64,000 nt of DNA, taken from contig CALKEP010000022.1 in the NCBI GenBank assembly GCA_938084645.1, forward strand, positions 64,001 to 128,000, written 5' to 3'. The stretch's first letter is position 1, and the number at the start of each line of letters is the position of its first letter. Origin of the DNA: an uncultured Phycisphaerales bacterium (GTDB taxonomy: Bacteria; Planctomycetota; Phycisphaerae; Phycisphaerales; SM1A02). The notes beneath the pieces were generated by a model, which was not told the DNA's origin, did not search any database, and saw only the letters and a list, made by a program, of their open reading frames with translations. Position numbers and translations under genes: made by a program. This document shows, piece by piece, positions 57,092-64,000 of the stretch.

Positions 57092-57502
57092 TCAGTTCGC
57101 CGACTGAAGGATCCAGAACATCGCTCTCCGACGTTCCGGATCGACCGAGTCAGCGTACAGGATGGTGTTCAGACGGAGACGTTCCCCGTCGCACTTTTCC
57201 TGCATGGCCCGCCACGCCTCGACCTCCTCGGGCGTGGCGTCGCCCGCCGCCATCCGGCGATCGAGGTCGCCGAGGGCCGCTCGCATCTCGAGGTAGTCCG
57301 CCGCTTCCGCGCGAAAACCGGCGACCACCGGATCATCGTCCAGACTGACGGGTTCACCGAGGACGCCGACCCCGCCGTCCTCGGGTTCCACCGCCGGCAT
57401 CTCGCCGCGATCGCAACCCGAAGCGAGCAGGATCGAGGCGAGCATCAGTCCGAGGGGTGGAAGTCCTCGTGGACCTGCTGAAGGTGTCATTGGTCGATTC
57501 AC
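57092..57502 (-). CDS. Hypothetical lipoprotein
   Basis: LASGC lipobox; GTG overlaps upstream stop (start uncertain). Confidence 0.7.
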   Translation of the reverse strand: MNRPMTPSAGPRGLPPLGLMLASILLASGCDRGEMPAVEPEDGGVGVLGEPVSLDDDPVVAGFRAEAADYLEMRAALGDLDRRMAAGDATPEEVEAWRAMQEKCDGERLRLNTILYADSVDPERRRAMFWILQSAN

Positions 57503-58305
57503 CAGCCGCCGTAGAGCGCGGCACTACCGGGGAAGAGTCGCTTGGACACCCAGTCCCAGTCCGGCCCCGGGTAGTAGATGTTGGTGAGCTGCGTCGGACT
57601 GTTGAAGGCGATTTCGATCGGCTCGGGGTGGGAGTAGCTCTTCCCGGCCCACTTGTGCCGCTCGACGTGCCCGTCGGCGAAGGCGAAGTTGAAGTACCCC
57701 GTGTCCCAGATCATGAGCTGGTCGATCCAGTCGGGGGTGTAGGGGTTGATGCCCCAGCCGTTGATGTTGTGTCCGCGGCGGTCATGCTCCGCGACCATCG
57801 AGATGGTGTCGGCGGGGCGGGGGATCCGGCTCCGGGTTCCGATCGACCACGAGGGTGGTCCGTTCCAGTCGCTCGTGCCTTCGCCGTCGGTGAAGAAGGC
57901 GCTGAGCGAATAGGTGCGAACGTAATCGGAACGGTCGAACGGGGACTTGTAGAGCCGGACGTCACCGACGTAGGGGAACATCCGGCCCTCGGTGAGCGCG
58001 TCCTCCCGCTCGGTGTTGCCGGGGCCCATGTTGTTGCCCACGGAACTCACCCAGTCCCACGCATGTCGATTGGTATCCGGGGCGACGTATCGGCCGGCGT
58101 TGTCGGTCGCGTATCCGTCCCATGCGACCATCATCTGCCGCTGCTTCGACAGGCAGGTGAGACCTCTGGACGTCTGTTGGAGGGCGTTGGTCGCGTAGAG
58201 AACCAGGCTCACGAGGATCACGATCATGGCGATCACGACCAGGAGCTCCACGAGCGTGAAGCCCGGCCGACGGTGGTCGGTCGAGGATCGGTGTCGGTTC
58301 TTCAT
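57499..58305 (-). CDS. Prepilin-type N-terminal cleavage/methylation protein (DUF1559-like)
   Basis: GFTLVELLVVIAMI, CLSKQRQ, FNFAFADGHVE. Confidence 0.88.
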   Translation of the reverse strand: MKNRHRSSTDHRRPGFTLVELLVVIAMIVILVSLVLYATNALQQTSRGLTCLSKQRQMMVAWDGYATDNAGRYVAPDTNRHAWDWVSSVGNNMGPGNTEREDALTEGRMFPYVGDVRLYKSPFDRSDYVRTYSLSAFFTDGEGTSDWNGPPSWSIGTRSRIPRPADTISMVAEHDRRGHNINGWGINPYTPDWIDQLMIWDTGYFNFAFADGHVERHKWAGKSYSHPEPIEIAFNSPTQLTNIYYPGPDWDWVSKRLFPGSAALYGGW

Positions 58306-58466
58306 GGTCTCACTCCAACTCGATTGCTCGAGGCGGTTGCGGCCCGCTCCAGAGAAATCCGGAGCAGCGTTTCAGTGAACACGATACCCCCGAAAGTCCA
58401 TGGTGAACATGCGATCCACGGACATGAACCGAGAATCCGTGGTCGAGCCTCTCCCGGTCCCTCGAT

Positions 58467-59444
58467 TCAAGGCGATCGTTTCGATGCTTCTTCGGGCCGC
58501 TGGTGCTTCCGGTAACCACCAAAACCCGCGTTGGTGAGACGCCAGTCCTCCGTCTCGTCGATCTTCACGCCGGTCGTTGGAATCTCGTCCTCCCGGCCCA
58601 GGGCCCAGAGCATTCCCTGCACGGCCAGTCTTCGGCAGTCGGCGGAACGAAAATCGTAGGGGTGGCCGAGCGTCGTGAAGAACACGCGTCCCGGGAGTTC
58701 GGATCCCTTCGGATTCTCGAGCGTCCACGCCACCGGGTTGGATGTGGGGAATCGATCGTGTCGTTCCTCGTGATACGACTTGAGTGTGGTTCCAGTGGCC
58801 AGGCGGGTCGGATCACCGGCCAGTTCGTCGCCACCTCCTTCGACGTGGTAGAGCCACGAGTAGGCATCGAACGGATCGACACCGCGGAGGATCGGATGGG
58901 TCGCCCCCGGATCGGGAACGACGTGGGTGAGGGGAGCCTTCCCGTCACCGAAATTCCCATGGTGGGTGATCCATCGCTGGCCGAAGACGCGCCGAGGCCA
59001 GGCCTCGTTCATCTCGACGTGCCGAGGGTCCTCCTTTGGATACCGGAAGGCATGCGTCGCGGTCCGGAACCCCACGAGCGGCCGGCCCGAGGCGACGTAC
59101 CGGCGGATCGGTTCCAGCTGCGCGTCCGGCAGCGTGCGGAATCGGATGAACATCACGACCAGATCCGCGTCCGCGAGGACGTCGAGCCCCGGGATGTTGG
59201 AGAGCGCTTCGGGATCGATCCGGCCCTCTTCATCGAGACTGTGGAGCACGGTCGTGCGCACGTCATGATCGCGGCCGAGGAGGGCGGCGAACCGAGGAAG
59301 CGATTCCTCGCTCCGGTACTCCTCGTCGCCGGAGATGAAGACCACGTGCGGGCGATCGTCGGCCGCCGGAGGTGTGGTCACGGGGGCTGGCGGATCGGCG
59401 TTGAGGATCGCGGCCCCGATCAAGAGGAGGGTCGTCGTTGTCAT
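58467..59444 (-). CDS. ThuA-like domain protein
   Basis: SGDEEYRSEESL, GFRTATHAF, THHG, PVAW, RVFFTTLGHPYDF. Confidence 0.85.
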   Translation of the reverse strand: MTTTTLLLIGAAILNADPPAPVTTPPAADDRPHVVFISGDEEYRSEESLPRFAALLGRDHDVRTTVLHSLDEEGRIDPEALSNIPGLDVLADADLVVMFIRFRTLPDAQLEPIRRYVASGRPLVGFRTATHAFRYPKEDPRHVEMNEAWPRRVFGQRWITHHGNFGDGKAPLTHVVPDPGATHPILRGVDPFDAYSWLYHVEGGGDELAGDPTRLATGTTLKSYHEERHDRFPTSNPVAWTLENPKGSELPGRVFFTTLGHPYDFRSADCRRLAVQGMLWALGREDEIPTTGVKIDETEDWRLTNAGFGGYRKHQRPEEASKRSP

Positions 59445-59564
59445 GATGAAAGCGTAACCGCTCCCGATTCGATCGCGTGCATCTCCGATGTTGTCTCCTC
59501 CGGTGGATCGTTAGGATGCCTTCCGGTCCCAGCATCCCTTCCTGTCGTCCGGCGGAGATCCAGC

Positions 59565-62003
59565 ATGCACCCGATCGTCCTTCCGTTGCTTGCGTCGTTC
59601 CCGTTCGCACTCTCGTCGATTCCGGCCGATGCGATGCCCCAGGAGGAGCGAAGGATTCCGATCGACGAGGTCCAGTCCCGTCGTTGGATCGGCGCCGCGT
59701 GGCAGCCGAGTCGGCTTCAGGACTGGCGACTCGAAGACGGGCGATTGGTCAATGACGACAGTCGGTTGCCGGTTCGCACGGCCCACGTCCTGCCGCTTCG
59801 CATCGAACCCGACGGACCCGAGTCGTCGTTGGCGATTTCGGTGGACGTTCGTGCGGTGGGTGGCGGTCCCCTCGACGCGGGTTCCTTCGCGGGACTGCTG
59901 TTCGGCGCCGGCGGGCCGGACGTCGACCCTCGACTGACGGCGCTGGTCCAGCAGGTGCCCGCGCCCGACGGCGGAATGCTCGCCGTGGTCGCGGGCACGG
60001 CGACCGGGCGACTGCTCGACTTCTCCACGAAGAAGCAGGGCGGCTTCAGCTGGGCGCTGCCCGCGAAGACGACCCTCGAGGACCTCGAGGCCGTTCCGGA
60101 GGAACGGATCGAACTCCGCCAGACCGGCGTCGAGTTCCGCCGATTCACGCTCGATCTGCTCATCACGCCGCGAGACGGCCGCTTCGACGTCGATCTGTCG
60201 GCGCGGGACGGCGACGCCATCTTCACGGTCGTCTCGGCCCGGGGACTGGAACGCGATCGAATCGACGGCGGGATCGCGCTCGTCGGCCATCGAAGCGCAC
60301 GCAAGGACGGCATCGGCTGGTCGTTCGCGGATCTTCGCCTGCGTGGCGCCGAGCTCGACGCGTGGCTCGACGAGACCGATCACTCCTGGGGTCCGGTGCT
60401 CGGCGTCACCTACACCCTCGATCGGAACGACGATGGCATCCACGCCCTGCGGCTCAACACCCTCTTCCCACCGGTGGCGGCGTCGGATCTCGGGGACGTG
60501 GCGCTCGAGTTCGAGACGCGGGACGGCATCTGGCGGCCGATCGCGACGGGTCGGCTCGTCGACGACAGCTTCACGGTGACGTTCGACGTCGACGACGTCG
60601 AGGAGTACCTCGGCCGGGAGTACCGGGTCCGCGGAGCGCTGAACGGTGCGCCCTTCGAGTGGAGAGGGGAGATCCATGCGCCTCCCGTCGACCGTCCGCT
60701 CCGGATCGCGAGTCTGAACTGCGTGAAGAACGTCACGGCCCACTCCGCGTGGAATCGACAGGGGGTGTGGTTTCCGCACGACGAGTTGGTGGCCGGGGTC
60801 GCTGCGCAGGATCCCGACTTCCTCTTCTTCGCGGGTGACCAGATCTACGAAGGGGATCTGAACGGGGTCGACCGTCGCAAGATCATGCTCGACTACCACA
60901 CCAAGTACCAGCGATGGCTGCGGAGTTTCGCGGAGCTGTGTCGCGATCGGCCCTGCGTCATCATTCCCGATGATCACGACGTCTATCACGGCAACATCTG
61001 GGGCGCGGGTGGGGTGCTCGCGAAGGCGAAGGACGGTCTCACCGTCCAGGATTCGGGGGGATACAAGCTGCGGGCGGACGTCGTGAACGCGATCCACCGG
61101 ACCCAGGTCGGGAATCTTCCGCCGTGCGTCGTGCCGGGGCCGATCGGGCAGGGCATCCAGCCCTACACCACGCGGGTGCGATTCGGGCCCGCCGACTTCG
61201 CGGTCGTCGCCGATCGAATGTGGAAGGATTCGGCGAGCGTCAAGCTCCCGGAAGCGAAGGTGCGCAACGGTTGGTTCCGGAACCCCGATTTCGATCCGAA
61301 GGACGCGGACGTCCCTGATGCGATGTTCCTCGGACCGACTCAGGAGGCCTTTCTCGCGGACTGGGCCGCGTCGCGCGACCCACGGAGCCCGCGGAAGATC
61401 GTGCTCTCCCAGACGCCGTGGGTGAACGTCGCGACCCTTCCCCCCGGACGCGACGATGGCGTCGTTCCGGGCCTGAAGATCCATGCCGCCGGCGAGTACG
61501 CGGAAGACGACGTCCCCGCCGCCGACACCGACTCCGGGGGCTGGCCCCAGTCGGCGCGGACCCGGGCGGTCCGTTCGCTGCAGGTCGCGGACGCGCTCCA
61601 TCTCTGCGGCGACCAGCATCTCGGATCCCTGGTGCAATACGGTGTCGACGCCCATCGCGACGGAACGTTCGCATTCACGCCCCCCGCGGTCGCGAACACC
61701 TGGCCTCGGCGATGGATGCCGATCGACGAAGGTGCGAATCGATGGGAGGGCGCGCCTCGGTACGCGGGGGACTTCGAAGACGGCTTCGGGAATCTCATGA
61801 CGGTCTTCGCGGTCACCAACCCGGAGGATCGGGGGATCGCGCCCCGGCGGCTCTACGATCTCTCTCCAGGATACGGCATGGTCGAGGTCGATCCGGTCGG
61901 CGGCGGGCTGGTCCTCGAAGCCTGGCCGCGATGGTCGGAGCCCGACGAGGACGATGCGGCCCAGTACCCGGGTTTTCCGTTCCGCATCTCCGGGAGGGAA
62001 TGA
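59565..62003 (+). CDS. PhoD-like / metallophosphoesterase family secreted protein
   Basis: FFAGDQIYE, PDDHDVY, DSGGWP, GDQH motifs; signal-peptide-like N-terminus. Confidence 0.8.
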   Translation: MHPIVLPLLASFPFALSSIPADAMPQEERRIPIDEVQSRRWIGAAWQPSRLQDWRLEDGRLVNDDSRLPVRTAHVLPLRIEPDGPESSLAISVDVRAVGGGPLDAGSFAGLLFGAGGPDVDPRLTALVQQVPAPDGGMLAVVAGTATGRLLDFSTKKQGGFSWALPAKTTLEDLEAVPEERIELRQTGVEFRRFTLDLLITPRDGRFDVDLSARDGDAIFTVVSARGLERDRIDGGIALVGHRSARKDGIGWSFADLRLRGAELDAWLDETDHSWGPVLGVTYTLDRNDDGIHALRLNTLFPPVAASDLGDVALEFETRDGIWRPIATGRLVDDSFTVTFDVDDVEEYLGREYRVRGALNGAPFEWRGEIHAPPVDRPLRIASLNCVKNVTAHSAWNRQGVWFPHDELVAGVAAQDPDFLFFAGDQIYEGDLNGVDRRKIMLDYHTKYQRWLRSFAELCRDRPCVIIPDDHDVYHGNIWGAGGVLAKAKDGLTVQDSGGYKLRADVVNAIHRTQVGNLPPCVVPGPIGQGIQPYTTRVRFGPADFAVVADRMWKDSASVKLPEAKVRNGWFRNPDFDPKDADVPDAMFLGPTQEAFLADWAASRDPRSPRKIVLSQTPWVNVATLPPGRDDGVVPGLKIHAAGEYAEDDVPAADTDSGGWPQSARTRAVRSLQVADALHLCGDQHLGSLVQYGVDAHRDGTFAFTPPAVANTWPRRWMPIDEGANRWEGAPRYAGDFEDGFGNLMTVFAVTNPEDRGIAPRRLYDLSPGYGMVEVDPVGGGLVLEAWPRWSEPDEDDAAQYPGFPFRISGRE

Positions 62004-62046
62004 CCGGAGGCGGGCGTCGGGATCCTCCGGCGTGGAGGATCCGGGA

Positions 62047-63036
62047 CTACCCGGTCGACGTCGTCGAGTGCGCCCCGCGCAACTCCCGGTACGCATCCAC
62101 GCAGTAGAGCGCCACCGCGATCCAGATCAGCCCGAAGGCCGCGAGTTTCATCGGGCTCACCGCTTCGCCGAAGATCGTGACCGCGAGGATGAACTGGCAG
62201 GTCGGTGCGACGTACTGGAGGATGCCGATCGTCGCCAGCCGAAGTCGACGCGCGGCGGCGGCGAAGGCGATCAGGGGAAGCACGGTGACGAAGCCGCCGA
62301 CGAGGAGAAGCACGTCGGTGCTCCAGTCGGTGGTGGTGAAGCTCGAGACGCCGCGTGCGGCCAGCACGAGCTGGAGCGCGAGCATGACCGGGAAGAGCAG
62401 GAGCATCTCGATGGTGAGGCCGGTGACCGAATCGGCCTGCATCTTCTTCCGAAGCAGGCCGTAGCACCCGAACGACACGGGGAGCACGAGGGAGATCCAG
62501 GGAAGTTCGACGAGGCCGGAGAGGGAGAACGCCCGATCGGGATCGATGGCCATGGAGGAGGTCGATATCGCCGACCATCCGAAGAGCACCACACCGACCA
62601 CCGCGATCCAGATCGCCTTCCGTTGCAGCGGGTGCAGTCGCTCGCCGAGCACGATGCGGCCGAGCAGCACCGAGACGAGGGGATTGATGTAGTAGCCGAG
62701 GCTCGCTTCGACGAGGCGATCGCTGACCACCGCGTAGATGAAGGTGAACCAGTTCAGGGAGATCAGGATCGTGGAAAGGAAGAGGATCCTGAACGCTTTC
62801 GGCGTCGTGATCGCCGCTCGGATCCTTCCGATCCCCGGGGGCAGGGAGACGAGCACCAGCATCACCGGAAGGCCGGCGAGCACTCGCCACGTCAGCAGTT
62901 CGAAGGCGTCGACGTGATTGAGGAGCTTGAAGTAGATCCCGGTCGCGAAGCCCCAGAACAGATACGCGATCATGGCTTCGGCGACGCCGATGCGCTGGCT
63001 TCTGGAGATGTCGGACGGAGTCGAGTGCGGCGTCAT
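62047..63036 (-). CDS. rarD: RarD (EamA/DMT) transporter
   Basis: NWFTFIYAV, EASLGYYINPL, YGLLRK, GILQYVAPT, FGE. Confidence 0.9.
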   Translation of the reverse strand: MTPHSTPSDISRSQRIGVAEAMIAYLFWGFATGIYFKLLNHVDAFELLTWRVLAGLPVMLVLVSLPPGIGRIRAAITTPKAFRILFLSTILISLNWFTFIYAVVSDRLVEASLGYYINPLVSVLLGRIVLGERLHPLQRKAIWIAVVGVVLFGWSAISTSSMAIDPDRAFSLSGLVELPWISLVLPVSFGCYGLLRKKMQADSVTGLTIEMLLLFPVMLALQLVLAARGVSSFTTTDWSTDVLLLVGGFVTVLPLIAFAAAARRLRLATIGILQYVAPTCQFILAVTIFGEAVSPMKLAAFGLIWIAVALYCVDAYRELRGAHSTTSTG

Positions 63037-63061
63037 GATGGATCGCGGATCGATTCGATGG

Positions 63062-64000
63062 TCAGCCGCCGATGGTGATGTCGATCAGGGTTCGGTCGAG
63101 GGCCGCGCGAAGTCCGGGCGTCATCGCAACTCCCGGGTGGGCTCGCTCGATTCCACGTGCGATCGCCACCAGCGCCTCGACCTGCGAGGCGGGCGACTTC
63201 AGACGGGGCGTGGCCTCGAGAAGAGCCGCCCAGTCGTCCATCGGTCGATCCGCGAGGGCCATCGCATCGCTCAGCATGCCGATTCGATCCTCGTACCACC
63301 CGTCCCCGCCCCGCCGAGTCGTCAACCCGTTGGGGTTGAGGAGCTCGAGGGCGAGTGCCTCGCGGCCGTCCTCGAGCATCGCGGCGAGAATCCGGACGAT
63401 CCGTTCGCGGATCGTCGCATCCCGTTCGATCATGGCGACCCATTGCATCGGACGGACGATGCGGAGGCTGCGGGCCTCGGCCATCGGTGGTGTCCGATCC
63501 AGCGGGTCGGCGACGGCAGGATCTTCGAGCACCAGCCCGGCCATGAGCCTGGTGTCGCCTCGGCCGATTCGTTCGCTGATCTCGCGGGCCCGGTCCCGGT
63601 TCCCACTCAGGAACGCCGCATGGGCCATGGCCGCTCGGATCTCGCCGCTCGATGCGGAGGGGAATCGATCGAGGAGTTCCGTCCCGCCGACGAGTTCGAG
63701 CACGTCGTCGATGCGTCCGGCTCGGGCGAGCCCGGTGGCGGCCGCCGCCCGAATGCCGGTCCGAGCGAGGACCATCGGGTGTCGTTCGATCAGCGTGAGC
63801 AGGGCGTCGTCCGCGTTCCGGTCCGCGAGTTCGACCAGCAGCGCGGTTCGGTACGCGTCGGTGGTGGCGTTCGAATTCGCCGGGGGTTCCGGCGATCCGA
63901 AATCGAGGATTCGCGCGTCGACGTCCGGACAGCGACCGGTCGAGAGCACCGCGGCGCCGATGGCCGGACGGGCGGCGAGGTCCGCGGCGTCGAAGATGGC
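63062..64000 (-). CDS. Hypothetical helical protein (5'-truncated by window edge)
   Basis: Open frame continues to the window end; no motif recognised. Confidence 0.65.
   Translation of the reverse strand, partial: AIFDAADLAARPAIGAAVLSTGRCPDVDARILDFGSPEPPANSNATTDAYRTALLVELADRNADDALLTLIERHPMVLARTGIRAAAATGLARAGRIDDVLELVGGTELLDRFPSASSGEIRAAMAHAAFLSGNRDRAREISERIGRGDTRLMAGLVLEDPAVADPLDRTPPMAEARSLRIVRPMQWVAMIERDATIRERIVRILAAMLEDGREALALELLNPNGLTTRRGGDGWYEDRIGMLSDAMALADRPMDDWAALLEATPRLKSPASQVEALVAIARGIERAHPGVAMTPGLRAALDRTLIDITIGG

Noticed and set aside
6779..62096. Many long antisense or alternative-frame ORFs (e.g. 6779-8758, 18964-21234, 53635-56265, 59511-62096)
   Set aside because: Shadow ORFs of real genes caused by high GC; Arg/Pro-rich or mirror-codon composition with no motifs

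Overview
A GC-rich, gene-dense bacterial chromosomal segment. The gene content points to Planctomycetota, probably Phycisphaerae (inference): a DUF1592/DUF1552 pair, a PVC-type heme-binding protein, a prepilin/DUF1559 protein, 'DLNGDGxVDGxDLG..AWG' repeats, a sulfatase and a tricorn-like S41 protease. Most of it is housekeeping or typical planctomycete content: purQ (partial), nfo, queF, transketolase, rlmE, dapL, an M42 peptidase, a SWIM+SNF2 pair, tRNA-Lys(UUU), xerC, an orphan DNA methyltransferase, purE/purK, solA, rarD and many secreted or lipoprotein hypotheticals. I found no CRISPR array, prophage, IS element or clear defence island. The best unexplained signals are: (1) a lower-GC locus with three tandem paralogous TetR units, a palindrome, and a divergent promoter driving a ~110-nt structured RNA with two cUUCGg-capped hairpins; (2) a recurrent TANNNT-N6-ATG arrangement suggesting leaderless mRNAs; (3) a permuted dockerin/EF-hand repeat protein with no signal peptide and a C-terminal hDxxA motif; (4) apparent HIP1-like excess of CGATCG; (5) an OlsG/PmtA-like lipid methyltransferase and an animal-type transketolase. 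All calls come from motif recognition by eye; no database searches were run, and some start codons are best guesses.
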